A DNA stretch of 64,000 nucleotides from Sporopachydermia quercuum. Its lineage: Eukaryota. The notes beneath the pieces were generated by a model. The model was not told where the DNA came from. It searched no databases and was given only the letters and a program-made list of their open reading frames with translations. Below are positions 13,112-24,570 of this stretch, one piece after another. Numbering within the stretch: the stretch's first letter is position 1; every line of letters starts with the position of its first letter. Both the position numbers and the translations under genes were made by a program. Where the stretch lies: the NCBI GenBank assembly GCA_001599295.1, contig BCGN01000001.1:1054001-1118000 (forward strand). The letters are read 5' to 3'.

Positions 13112-14740
13112 TTATAAGTCTAGCTTCAAAGATGCCACTCGACTATCTAAAGGAGAGCCAGCATCAAATGCTTTTTCAATCAAAAGTTTCTGATGAATGA
13201 CTTTTAAAGCTTTGATACTATCATTTTCATTGATAACACATGATATATTGATTTCATTGGCACCTTGTGAGATCATTTCAATATTGACATTTGCAGATGC
13301 TAGCGTACTAAACATTTGACCAGCAATGCCAACCAAAGACTTCATTTCCTTACCAACTAATGAAATAATAGCCATGTTTCGAACGACATCAACTGAACCA
13401 TTTTGACGTAACTCTTCGATGGCTTTCATGATGCTTTTCTTTGATTCGGAACTAGCATGTAATGCCATGGACACATGCACTTCTGAAGTTGAAATCAAGT
13501 CAACAACTAACTTATATCTATCAAGTATAGAGAAGATATTGGCCAAAAATCCATGAGATAAGGATCGTTTGTTGGAATGGACGTTCAATACTATAATGTT
13601 GCTTTTCGTTGTGACAGCCGTTGGTGATTTTTGCTTTTGCTTAAAAGAAGCTAAGTTTAAGTAACTTGAGCTTAGTAAAGAAGGTGGATGTGGTGGTGTG
13701 GCTTCACCTCTTCTGCCAATGTTATCAGGATAAATAACAGTACCATCTCCTTGGGGATTATCAACATTTTTTATACGGATGGGGATTTGAGCTCTAATGA
13801 CTTGTTCCATGGTAAAAGGGTGAATAACTTCAGAGCCATAATATGTTAATTCAGCAGCTTCTTCAGGAGTAACTGAAGGTATAAGTCTTGCGTTGGGGAC
13901 TTTCCTTGGATCTGCTGTGAAAATGCCATCAACTTCTTTCCATACTTGTAGTTCATCAGCATTCAGTCCTACTGCAACTAGAGCTGCACATAAATCGGTA
14001 TAACCTCTACCGACATTATCTAGCAATCCTCCGGGAACTGTTCCAAAGTATCCAGTAATAATAGGGATTTTATCACCACACTTATAAACTTCTTCTGCAA
14101 ATCGTGTTGCAAGATTTTTGTAGAAAATAGCATCCAATCCAGTTTTCTTTGATACTTCAAATCCAACAGGAATGATAGCTGACAAATCAACATACTGTGC
14201 GGGGATTGATTTATCGTTTAAAAGAGCAGCAAGAAATTGGCATGACAATTTCTCACCCACAGCCATAATAACATCAGTAGTTCTTGTCGAAACTTCACCA
14301 ATAATGTGGGAAGCTTTCAACANTTCAATGACTGCGTCACATTCTCTATTAATATCATCAATCAATTGTTCTCGAAGATCAGCATAATTCACAATTTTTT
14401 CCTTAGCTGTTTCAATATGGTCATTGCGAACTAGCTCAACAACGTCAATAAATTTATTATCATCAGAATCAGAATCAGTCGCCAAATCAAAACCGCTGCT
14501 TCCACGATTGACAGAATTTCCTTCAATCGCATACTGGACAGCTCTTAGAAGTCGGGAGGTAGTACCTTCAGACTTCGTATGAGATGATCTAGCAGAGCAA
14601 ACAACTGCAACTTGGAACTCCTCAGAATATGGTTCAATGATCGAATCAGTGATTTTTTCTGGGAACTTTCCTATGGAAGTTCCTCCAAACTTCTGTACGA
14701 TCCAGCCAGTTTTGGCTCCTTGAATAGGTGAAGATGACAT
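13112..14740 (-). CDS. HOM3: Aspartate kinase
   Basis: 'WIVQKFGGTSIGKF', 'GRGYTDLCAAL', 'WKEVDGIFTADPRKV', two ACT domains ('VDLISTSEVHVSMA', 'NIEMISQGANEINISCV'). Confidence 0.97.
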   Translation of the reverse strand: MSSSPIQGAKTGWIVQKFGGTSIGKFPEKITDSIIEPYSEEFQVAVVCSARSSHTKSEGTTSRLLRAVQYAIEGNSVNRGSSGFDLATDSDSDDNKFIDVVELVRNDHIETAKEKIVNYADLREQLIDDINRECDAVIEXLKASHIIGEVSTRTTDVIMAVGEKLSCQFLAALLNDKSIPAQYVDLSAIIPVGFEVSKKTGLDAIFYKNLATRFAEEVYKCGDKIPIITGYFGTVPGGLLDNVGRGYTDLCAALVAVGLNADELQVWKEVDGIFTADPRKVPNARLIPSVTPEEAAELTYYGSEVIHPFTMEQVIRAQIPIRIKNVDNPQGDGTVIYPDNIGRRGEATPPHPPSLLSSSYLNLASFKQKQKSPTAVTTKSNIIVLNVHSNKRSLSHGFLANIFSILDRYKLVVDLISTSEVHVSMALHASSESKKSIMKAIEELRQNGSVDVVRNMAIISLVGKEMKSLVGIAGQMFSTLASANVNIEMISQGANEINISCVINENDSIKALKVIHQKLLIEKAFDAGSPLDSRVASLKLDL

Positions 14741-15001
14741 TTTAAAATCCTTTGTTCTTATTAGTATTCTCTTATTTTTTACTCAGTATCCTACCGAATA
14801 ATAAGAAGNTTGAGATCTACTTTGAATTCAGTCCAAATAGCAATAATGTAGTTATTCACAACAATTTCGAGCACATCCAGACCGATGACTGATGTGTCAA
14901 TATTCCTGTTTTCTCTTGTCATCTCCGGTAATTTCCTCTCTCAGATTTTCAGTTTACTGAAATTTTCACTTTTTTCTTTTCCCTTTATCGTTTTCGATCG
15001 A

Positions 15002-15010
15002 ATGAGTCAA
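15002..15010. promoter_or_regulatory. Gcn4-type site upstream of HOM3
   Basis: ATGAGTCAA (TGACTCA core on minus strand) ~260 bp upstream of the HOM3 ATG. HOM3 is a known Gcn4 target in S. cerevisiae. Confidence 0.6.
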
Positions 15011-15478
15011 CAGCATACTGAGGGGTCATCTTGAGATAATAGGAATGCTTCCCAGAAGTAAGGTCTTGTGAAAGCCTCTTTTTGTATGTAGGGAAGACGG
15101 TAGATAGGAAAATGGAAGCGATAGAAGCTAGGAACCGAAGAACTGGATGGCTGCGATAAGATAGATAAAGGAAAAAGGGTATAGATGGATCTATTGAGGA
15201 TTAAATGAATTGCATGGTATGATGGATAAGAGAGATAGAGCTGTTTTGAGTTTGCTTCTGTGATCCCTTGAGTATGGAAAAGNTATGAACAGTAGGATGT
15301 AGGACCAGACATATACGATGTTTAGAATGAAATAAACACAGAAGCACCTGCTGGCGCAGTCGCATTTTTCATTACTGCAGAGTGAGAACTCATAGTCATA
15401 TTTATAGATTGCCGTTAATATATTATGTATATATACCTGTAACCAAGATAAAGAGTGTAATATATAATTGTGTTCTGT

Positions 15479-16117
15479 TTAATGACATGATAAACCTCTA
15501 ACTTGTGCAGTAACTTCTGTATTCCACAGGTAATGCCCAATGGCAGCTCCAACTACTACTGCTAGCATTGCCCAGCCATTATAAGTCATAAATACTAACA
15601 TTAAGAAGAATGAGTACCCAACTTGAAGTGCGTAAAATGATGCTTCCACCACTCTGGTCTTCACTTGAATACTAGTTCCAGGTCTTCGTGGTAATCCATC
15701 AATGTTACCTGATTATGCGTTAGAATATATAGTGACTATAATGTATCGAACAAATCTGTATACTAACCTGTGTCTTCATCACTTAAAGTTATTGACGTTA
15801 AATCCACTAGATTATCACAGAATGTTAGCTCATGTGATTTCTACGCCAACAGAAGTGTTATCAAACAAGTACTTACCCACAGAGCCATGTAATCGCGATC
15901 CAATTACTCTTAAATATTCGTATCCCATACCAAGTAGCGCTATGCCTATTAATGTAAGGAATAAATCGAGATTACTTCTAACATGCCACCATTTGAAAAC
16001 AACACATAAGTCTGTAGAGTCCCAAGTAAATATCATGTTCATGGAACACATATCCATGTGTCCTGACCCATCGCCCATATCCATGTCAAGCGTATGAATG
16101 TGTTCTGAATGATCCAT
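15479..16117 (-). CDS. CTR2: Ctr-family (vacuolar/low-affinity) copper transporter (3 exons, 169 aa)
   Basis: Exons 16117-15877, 15806-15768, 15708-15479. Introns: 15876-15807 (GTAAGT..GCTAAC..TAG), 15767-15709 (GTTAGT..TCTAAC..CAG). Met/His-rich N-terminus, 'CSMNMIFTW', 'CVVFKWWHV', MxxxM motif 'FLMLVFMTYNGW' and C-terminal 'SCH'. Confidence 0.92.
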
Positions 16118-16271
16118 TGTCAAGAGTTTTGTGTATTCTAGCGTTCTTCGGCTTACTATCTTCTTGGTCACTTATTTGAAAGTCCAAAAACCACTAAATT
16201 ATGAAGTAGTTCCGACTGCGCTTTGATATATGGTGGTCAGCAAAACAATATCAGCTAATCCTAACTGAAAA

Positions 16272-16546
16272 ATTGCTCAAGCTCCTAAAGAAGTAACCTG
16301 ATATCGAGTCTCAGAAAGTGTCTTCAACTCTTCCTTTTCTAACTGCTAGATAATTTTACCTTTTACGTAAAACCCTTGTCGCTAAGCTGAGAACCACTTC
16401 AGTTCTACCCTGGAAGCATTAATATGTTGTGATTCTTCTAAAGTTTGGCATTGCAACAATAAAATGATNTCTGATTAGTGAGCAAAAAGAAACAGGTTGC
16501 TGTCGATAAGACAGGTAGTATAGATTCCTAGTTGAAGTAATGCTCA
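16272..16546. promoter_or_regulatory. Copper-response (Mac1-type TTTGCTCA) elements and a Yap-type TTACGTAA in the CTR2 promoter
   Basis: ATTGCTCA 16272-16279, TGAGCAAA (= TTTGCTCA) 16479-16486, AATGCTCA 16539-16546; palindrome TTTTACGTAAAA 16361-16372. Confidence 0.5.
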
Positions 16547-17518
16547 TGTAATTAAATATTAGTTATCTAAAATTGAATATCAATGGTGCGATTACGTTAT
16601 CTTTATTTCGGGAGGTCAAAGGATCATATGATAACTGAATGCCATGGATCTCTTGACAATTTCAATGCGAATGTCACACTGATTTTAAAATCCACATAAG
16701 AATTGTAAGAATTGAGAAGGAGTGCATCCCAAGAGTTGTGAGTTGTATTTCTTTCATTTGGTTTATATGCCATAGGAACTACTCATTTTTTATTTGCAGG
16801 AGCTCAGTGATTTTTATGATGCCTAAATCAATTCATGAAGTGGCAATAGGCTAGCCATTGATTTTGTTCGTTATAGTACACACATACCATGAAAATTGTC
16901 ATGGCATTCTATGACATGTTCAATTTCGAACGAATATTTCTGACTCTGCTACTAGATATATATATCTCTATTATAATACAATCTTTTTAATGACTCAGTG
17001 AAGAGAAAAATTCCATCAGTTCATAATTCCACAGGAAAATTGTCAATTTACAAAGAAGCTAATGTCACGATATATCTGAGTGGAATAATCTGCATATATT
17101 ATTCATTTCCACTAGTACCAGTTCCATACCCGCTTTTTCTATTTTCAACTTTCACATGGCATGACACATTTATGTCTCAAGCAGTTCTCGAGTGAAATTT
17201 ATGAACTTTCATACCGTTTAAAGCAAACAACAATCGCATGATAATTATCTTAATTACTATTATAGGTAGTGCAAACAACTAACTTATCAATTGTAATGAG
17301 AGTGTTTGAGGTTTGAGGTTTGAGGCATATTACTCCTTAGCTTTTGGACCATAGATATAAACTTGGCTTTAGAAAGTCTTAATGCTTTGAATCAGAAAAG
17401 AATTAAAGTATATATGGAAGAAAGTCTATGATTGTTGGTTGAATGTAAAAATCTTAGGAGGAGATTAATTGATAGTGATTCAGAAGGTTATACAAGACAA
17501 ACAACAGCTTCGTTCATA

Positions 17519-18949
17519 ATGGCAAGTGAAGAATATGATATGATCATTATTGGTGCTGGCGTGCTGGGTTCAGTTATGGCAGTAGCATTCTCAAGACCGC
17601 CTCAGAAAAGAAAGATTTTACTTATAGAAAGAGACTGGTCCGAACCTGATCGTATTGTTGGTGAATTGTTACAACCATCTGGCGTGAACTCTTTGAAAGA
17701 ACTAGGTTTAGGGTGGACGTTTGAAGGTATTGATGCCGTACCCGAAGTTGGGTACGAAGTTATTTATAATGGTGAGCGACAAACTATCCCTTACCCTTAT
17801 ATTCGGAAGGATAAAGTGGAGAAGATTTACAATGAGTTGAGTAAAGAGGAACAGAAAGATAGAGGTGTCGAAAAGGCTACCGGTTACTCTTTTCATCACG
17901 GAAAATTTGTCTCCAATCTCAGGAGGGCTGCAAAACAGTATGATAACATTACCACGTTAGAAGCAACTGTTACAGATATAATGCACGACAAGATCACCAA
18001 TCTCGTCTCTGGTGTTAAATGTTCTGATGGGAAAGAATACAAAGCAGCATTGACTGTTGTTTGTGATGGTATCTTTTCCAAATACAGAAAGCAATTTCTC
18101 AAGGTTCAACCTAAAGTTGGTTCATATTTTGTTGGAATGGAACTGGAAGATGCAGTTTTGCCTAATCCTAACCATGGTCATGTTATTCTATCTTCTCAAG
18201 CGCCAGTATTAGCTTATCAAATTGGTACTCACGAGACTAGAATTTTATGTGCTATGAGAACTCAGACTTTGCCTTCAAATACAAATGGAAAGATAGAAAA
18301 ATATTTTATGAATGATTTATACCCATTGCTACCTGAAGAGATCAAACCATCGTTTAAAACAGCCGTTGAAAAGAAGAAGTTCAGGTCAATGCCAAATTCC
18401 TTTTTGCCTGCTTCCTGTAACAACATACCTGGTTTACTGATCGTTGGTGACGCTCTCAATATGAGACATCCTCTTACAGGAGGCGGTATGACGGTTGCAT
18501 TCAATGACGCTTTAGTTTTACGAAACTTATTGTCCATGGAAGAAGTTCCAGATTTATCCGATACAGAACTAGTGGTCACTCAACTACAAACTTTCCACTG
18601 GGAACGTAAGAAATTATCGTCTGTTATCAATATCTTGGCTATGGCTCTTTACTCATTATTTGCAGCTGATGAATACTATCTGAAGGTTTTACAAAAGGGA
18701 TGCTTCAAGTATTTCCAAAGAGGTGGTGATTCCATCCTAGGACCTGTTTCACTATTATCAGGACTTTCACCTGATCCATTGCTATTGGTTTACCATTTCT
18801 TTTATGTGGCACTTTACGGAATTTATTGTCACTTTATTGAATTGGGATTCTGGGGTTTTCCAAAGGGTATTTTTGATACAGTTATGACTTTATATACTGC
18901 ATGTGTTGTGATTTTCCCATACATCTGGGCTGAAATCAAGCACAAATAA
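17519..18949 (+). CDS. ERG1: Squalene epoxidase
   Basis: FAD motif 'IIIGAGVLG', 'ERDWSEPDRIVGELLQPSG', 'FHHGKF', 'GDALNMRHPLTGGGMTVAFND' and C-terminal membrane helices. First ATG is at 17519. Confidence 0.97.
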   Translation: MASEEYDMIIIGAGVLGSVMAVAFSRPPQKRKILLIERDWSEPDRIVGELLQPSGVNSLKELGLGWTFEGIDAVPEVGYEVIYNGERQTIPYPYIRKDKVEKIYNELSKEEQKDRGVEKATGYSFHHGKFVSNLRRAAKQYDNITTLEATVTDIMHDKITNLVSGVKCSDGKEYKAALTVVCDGIFSKYRKQFLKVQPKVGSYFVGMELEDAVLPNPNHGHVILSSQAPVLAYQIGTHETRILCAMRTQTLPSNTNGKIEKYFMNDLYPLLPEEIKPSFKTAVEKKKFRSMPNSFLPASCNNIPGLLIVGDALNMRHPLTGGGMTVAFNDALVLRNLLSMEEVPDLSDTELVVTQLQTFHWERKKLSSVINILAMALYSLFAADEYYLKVLQKGCFKYFQRGGDSILGPVSLLSGLSPDPLLLVYHFFYVALYGIYCHFIELGFWGFPKGIFDTVMTLYTACVVIFPYIWAEIKHK

Positions 18950-19623
18950 GCGTTCGCTACAGCATAGTCCAGCATAATCCTTCCTTTGATTCGTAATTTT
19001 AAATATAAATGATAAACTAATGATAATATAAATTAATTGCCGTATAATGATTCTATTCATCTCGTTCGATCCAATAGTTAATCCTTTCTGACATCTGTAA
19101 AATGATCTCATCTTACTATGTGATTACGTAATCTAAATATATCCAATGCGGTGATCAGAGGTAACTTTAGTAGTTTACAACCGGTACGTACTACTCTATC
19201 TACGAACACCAATATGCTCGGTTCTAAAACAAATTGTCTTTTTTATGAATGTATTTCTCCTCTTTGAATCAAACTAAGACAAGTTTGTATAGGTTATCCT
19301 AATGAAGGACGATGGACAAGTATATAGTAGTTTTCAAGTCTCCTTATAATCCCATTTACCCGTTTACTACAGGTCATCTTTCTGAGTCTCGGGATGAGAC
19401 TTGATGTGTCTCTTTGCGTATCTTTTCAAAAGTTGCTTATTTCTGAGATGAATGGTTGGTTTAATTTTATGGCCGAGTGAATAAAGCAAGCAAGATTATT
19501 CTAAAGATATTCTGAAGATATTTATGATCCGTTCTCTGTTAATGTTTCACAACTTTCAGAGATATTGAATATCATTCAGAATTACTGATTTATTTTTTTA
19601 AATAGTAAGGAACAATATACAAG

Positions 19624-20019
19624 ATGTCGAATCCGAATGTCATCCGTCAATGGCTGAGAGTTTGGGCCACAGGAATAGGGATTGTTGGCTTTGGTGTGTT
19701 ATGTTTTAAGTATACAACTCCTACCCCTGAAGAAGTACTGGCTAGATTCTCACCGGAAATGCGAGAAAACTATTATGCTCAGAGAGACCGACGTCAAGCA
19801 GAACATGAAGAATTGATGAGACTAATTAAAAGTACTTCAGAATCAAATGAACCAACATGGAAAACTGGTTATCTTGAATCACCTATGGAAAAACGAAGTG
19901 GGCGCATTGATGAGCAAGTTCGAAGAGAGAGAGAAGAAGCTCAAGCAAGAGTAAAGGCACGTATTGAGGAAATAAGAAGAGAACGGGGTTTGGCTGAACA
20001 GGCTAAGGAAGAAAAATAA
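19624..20019 (+). CDS. CBP4: Cytochrome b / complex III assembly factor Cbp4
   Basis: 'WLRVW..G..IVGFGVLCFKYTTPTPEE..RFSPE..R..R' and 'S.S.EPTWKTG' match the Cbp4 pattern. Confidence 0.88.
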   Translation: MSNPNVIRQWLRVWATGIGIVGFGVLCFKYTTPTPEEVLARFSPEMRENYYAQRDRRQAEHEELMRLIKSTSESNEPTWKTGYLESPMEKRSGRIDEQVRREREEAQARVKARIEEIRRERGLAEQAKEEK

Positions 20020-20251
20020 ATTCGGGTTTAATTTGATCTTAAAGGCAGAATTTCGGCTGTAGTGTATATATTGNTTTAATACATCTGTAATTCAATCATT
20101 TATTTGATATTATTTGAATTTTATTGTAGACGTAACTGTATATGATAAGATGTGAAGCCTGGATTATCATTCTGATAGTAAATGATGATATATTACAGGC
20201 AGTGAGTNATTGAGAGATATAAAGTCTTCTTAATTCTCAAAGTAAATTTGA

Positions 20252-20850
20252 TTATCGAGTCCACATTCTTCCATCTCTTGCCATTGTTGTGAAAAAGTGG
20301 GAAGCTGATGATAAAGCCTTTGAAGCAGAGTTGGTACTTCCGGTTGCTTTGTTAGCTTCATCAACTGCTTCAACTATTCTATTGATATTTGTATCTATCA
20401 CCATACCTCCTTGAACTATTTCTTCCAATACAGACTGCAGTACTTGCCATCCAAATACCAGATCGAGTTCACACACATTTTCAAAACAGCGATCAAGACA
20501 TTCAACAAATACTTGGATCAAATCCAATATTCCTAATTCAGATTCTTGTTCGTCAACAATGAAAACGAAGTAGAGAGTAGCATAATGTCGATATATCACT
20601 CTGATATCATCAATACCTTGTAATAATGGTGGCGGAGTTAGAAAGGAAGACTGGGTCGATGATCTCTGAGATACTAATGTGTAAACTTGCTTCAGCAGTA
20701 GTTTTTGGGTCGGTAGATCTACAGGAGTATAGAACTTCATTAATCTAGGTACGGCATCTTGGTTGACTAAATACGCACTCTGCTGTTAGTATAATATAGT
20801 CTCGTTAAAATAGATTCTAATAACTTACAAATCAATACTGAATGAATCAT
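20252..20850 (-). CDS. APS3: AP-3 complex small (sigma) subunit (2 exons, 178 aa)
   Basis: Exon 1 20850-20829, intron 20828-20767 (GTAAGT..TACTAAC..TAG), exon 2 20766-20252. Gives 'MIHSVLIFNQDAVPRLMKFY', 'YRHYATLYF', 'ESELGILDLIQVFVE.LDRCFENVCELDL'. Confidence 0.95.
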
Positions 20851-21899
20851 GATTGAATATATGCTATTTATTAGTAAATTTTGAGATAGGCTGGTGTGTC
20901 TTGTTTTTCTTATTCTCTTTTTCTTGGATAAGCTTATTTTTGAATAGAAATTGACCNGCTCATACATTNCCTGATGGAAGATTCGACTATTGGATCATAA
21001 ATCAATATGAAGTATCATCTGAAGAAAAATTGCTGATTTGATGGCTAAATAATTCTTTTTTTCTTTCTACGATTTCCAATGGCTTTATGGCTTCATAGAA
21101 TGAAAAGATTGTGCTCCAAAATAGGTAGTGGATATTGATAGTACATCTGTCCAGATTTGTTGTAATGCGAAGAGGAAATTGAGACCTACTGTTAGATTAT
21201 CCGGGGATGGGACAAGGGACAAAATAGTTCTTACAGTTGTGTTATCATCTCCGTCTATGGAGTTTATTTGCCTTATCATTTGAATACAAGATGATTGTTA
21301 TTTGTATTTTGAAGAAATATAAAATATGGGACTTTAAAATTGAAATCTCTCTTGAATGGTTGACTCCTAATGAGTATCACCTTGACCTGTACTGTCCAAA
21401 TGTTCTTCTTATCAGAAGAACATTTGGGAAACGGTTTGAGATGACAGCTCAANGTGATTTACGATGTATGAAGCGCTTTCTCAAGAAATGAACAAAAATT
21501 TATCTTGCTATATCTGTTACTGACTGATTCATATGAGATTAAGTGTTAATTTCTGGTAGGAAAAGCAGGTTTGAATGCTCACCCAGACTAGAGCAACAGG
21601 AACCGTTGTTTTTGACTTTCAAAAGCAACTTGTCAAGGCTAAGTCAGCTGAATTCCACTACTCCATCTCCGATGTCTGTCCATATCGAATTTTTCATAGT
21701 TATTATTTTCCACCTAGTTTTAGTTCTGACTTTACTTCCATTCCATATCGAAGATCTAATTCTAGTCATCTGGATCTGGCTATCACGTTTTTCTCACGGA
21801 ATCTATACAATTTAAGTTTCCTATTCCGAATTCTTCCTGAGTAGTTTTATTCGAGTGATAATTCAATTATACTTCCAAGTTAAAACAATCAGTGGTAGA

Positions 21900-22274
21900 A
21901 TGAGTCAACCAACCGATCCTTTGATTCATCTACTACAATGGAACNACTGNTTCTCCGTATAGATCCGAAATGAGTCAGTCCAAATTGAGTATGAGATGAG
22001 TGACACATATTTTGGAGGTTTTTCTGATAGGATGAAATTTGAAGAAAATTTCCATGTACTCTAATGTACTCCTCTGCATGATTGAGAAGTTTAATTGAGA
22101 TAACTGTAGTAAATCATACCTTCACAAGAAGAGAGTCTTTGTACTTTCTGTAGATTCATGTAGGATCTCACGAAACCTTATTTGAAGAACACTTGTCACT
22201 TGCCTCCCATTCGTACAAGATGTCAATGTGTACGGGCCTTGTGTTTTATGGACACACCATCGAATCTATATATA
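21900..22274 (+). promoter_or_regulatory. Tandem Gcn4-type sites and TATA box of the PCL5-like gene
   Basis: ATGAGTCAA 21900-21908, ATGAGTCAG 21970-21978, variant ATGAGTGAC ~21997 and TATATATA 22267-22274. Confidence 0.6.
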
Positions 22275-23275
22275 TGAAATGAACCGCCTTGCTTTTTTTT
22301 TCTTTTTGCCGTCGATAACAGATGAGATAGAATAAAGATAGATAGAAGATAGAATCAAGTGAAGTTGATTTGATGCTATTCAACAAGATTTCTTAAATTA
22401 ACGACAGAATCAATTGCTTTATTCATATTTATTTTTTTGTTATATTCATTTTATTCATGAATTATTGTATATTTACATTGTGGGTTTATTAGTTATTGGT
22501 TAAGGGTTTTCAGGATGTCTGGTGTCATCATCTACTAAATCTCATAAGTTATTGAGATAGGTTTATTCAGTATATCAACGGTTCACTATAATTCGAAACT
22601 AGGTGAAGTTGGTATTGATATATTTGAATAATTTTTGCATATATTATTACTGGTTAAAAAGTTNTTAATCAGTCTGTACCATTGGTATTTTCCATAAACT
22701 TCACTTCTTGGTGCTTGTTGGAGATTTGATATTGGCCCAGTACAGATTCACCTGGCTGATACTATTCTCTGACATATTCTTTCTTGATTATACTCCATTA
22801 TAACCAAGCATTTAAAAACTATTCAGTTTTGTGAGTTTGTTTTTGAAGACAAGGTGATATACTTTTCTTTATCTGTTCTTTCAGTATCGCTTCGGCGGCC
22901 TATCAGTATCCGAAAAGGTTTTCACACATCACGTATCCTTCCAACTGGTCGTATAAGGCATAACTTGAATGAACACTGATCAACTGTGGCATGAAGTTTA
23001 CTAAGAACGAAACTTGCTACTGCTGATTTTTACTATCGAAGACAATTAGTCAAGATCATTTTCTGAAGNTTTCTATTGCATTTTTGGTGATATTCATTTC
23101 TTTTGGTTTTTTTTTTTTGTATATTCGTTAATCATTTTGGTGGAGCTTGGTGTGCATTGTTTGATCTAGAAGCGAACTAGATCTCGTTAAATTCAATTTT
23201 TATATTTCATTCAATTTGGTGCTTTTCAGAAGAAGTAATAATCTACTCATCACGAATTGTGGAAAGTGTTTCGAT

Positions 23276-24385
23276 ATGTTTTCTCTCTATAATCTTACTT
23301 CATTGAGAGATGAGGCAAGCATTCGTAATGAGGGTACGCATGAAAATGATTCACCTAACCAAGATTATGAAAGTGACTCACAGTATTCTGATTCTTCAGT
23401 CTTCTCAACCAACGTTGACTCTCAATCTGGGTTATCCTCACCAGAGGACAGTCTTGAAGCTTTCACAACTCTAGGAGGTAATGACAANCAAAATGTGATG
23501 ATAAAAGAGGATGAGAAGGTGGAAGAATGTTCTGTAGTTGTGAACAATTTCACCCTACCTTCTATGGAACAAGAGCGTACTACAGTTATACCTTCTCAAA
23601 CGGAAATCAAAGAAACGTCATCAAAGACTGCGTTCGTTGACTCTCTATTGACATGCGCTTGCGCATTAATTGGTCTGATTTGGGGTAATATGTCTCGCAA
23701 TTTATTCAGTGAGTCTGGGAACTTCGATAGCTCAAGTAGTATGTTCTCCGGTAATGAAATCGCTGGTAATGAATATTTTGGCGATATTCGATTTGAACTT
23801 CGTCGTACTATTCGTGCCATTAGCTTGAATTCGTCACATGTGGGACAAATTGACAGCTGTTCTTGTAGTTCTGTTGTTTTGCTACCATGGTTTATAAAAG
23901 AATCATTGAAGCGATCTAGAACTTCTTACTGTACATTACAAGTTGCTTTATATTATCTCTATAGAATCAGATTTTTTGTCAAAAAGTCTAGCGGTCAAAC
24001 CAAGGCGTGTCACACATCAGATTCGGTTTTCACTTGTGAAAGAAAAACTTTCCTGGCCGCCTTGATTTTAGCTAGTAAGTTTGTTCAGGATAGAAATTTC
24101 TCTATCAAATCATGGTCCAAGATATCTGGCTTATCTGTCATAGAACTCAACAGAAATGAAAGACAATTTCTTCAAGCCATGGATTATAACTTATCAGTGC
24201 CCGTGGAAGTTTATCAAAGATGGAGTATGATGTTATTGGAATGCACTCAAAGCACTCAGTGCCCTGCAGCGGTCACATGTGATATTGGAGTTCCTAACCA
24301 TCATAAACGATCCAGATATGAAGAAGGATCTGATTACATGAAGCTTTCTCATTATCTGACTTCAAAGAAGGTGAAAGTAAACTAA
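23276..24385 (+). CDS. PCL5: Pho85 cyclin, Pcl5-like
   Basis: Cyclin box 'FIKESLKRSRTSYCTLQVALYYL..R' and 'CERKTFLAALILASKFVQDRNFSIKSWSKISGL..ELNRNERQFL'. First ATG is at 23276. The Pcl5 assignment also rests on the Gcn4 sites and uORF leader. Confidence 0.75.
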   Translation: MFSLYNLTSLRDEASIRNEGTHENDSPNQDYESDSQYSDSSVFSTNVDSQSGLSSPEDSLEAFTTLGGNDXQNVMIKEDEKVEECSVVVNNFTLPSMEQERTTVIPSQTEIKETSSKTAFVDSLLTCACALIGLIWGNMSRNLFSESGNFDSSSSMFSGNEIAGNEYFGDIRFELRRTIRAISLNSSHVGQIDSCSCSSVVLLPWFIKESLKRSRTSYCTLQVALYYLYRIRFFVKKSSGQTKACHTSDSVFTCERKTFLAALILASKFVQDRNFSIKSWSKISGLSVIELNRNERQFLQAMDYNLSVPVEVYQRWSMMLLECTQSTQCPAAVTCDIGVPNHHKRSRYEEGSDYMKLSHYLTSKKVKVN

Positions 24386-24570
24386 GTTTGTATATTAAGA
24401 TTTTAACCGTACTATTACTATACATGAACTTCATAATAAATGATGATGATGATGATTTTTAGACCTTGGAGTTATCTGTAGGTGTAAAACGGCGCTGAGC
24501 CAAAACTACATACATAACGAAGTTTATTTAAATTTGAATTCGATCTTTTGATGACTTATATACAAGATAC

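Noticed and set aside
17432..17518. N-terminal extensions in the ORF track (ERG1; also MFS, PCL5, RSM7, ATO, ASH1-like)
   Set aside because: Most begin at TTG/GTG or add non-homologous residues. Downstream ATGs give the family-typical N-termini or targeting peptides.
17560..17570. Possible CUG-Ser/Ala alternative yeast code
   Set aside because: CTG falls at conserved hydrophobic positions (ERG1 GAGVLG, CBR1 KLLLCGPP), consistent with Leu.
12004..18949. CBR1 and ERG1 proximity as a sterol gene cluster
   Set aside because: Separated by unrelated HOM3 and CTR2, and only weak SRE-like matches; probably coincidental.
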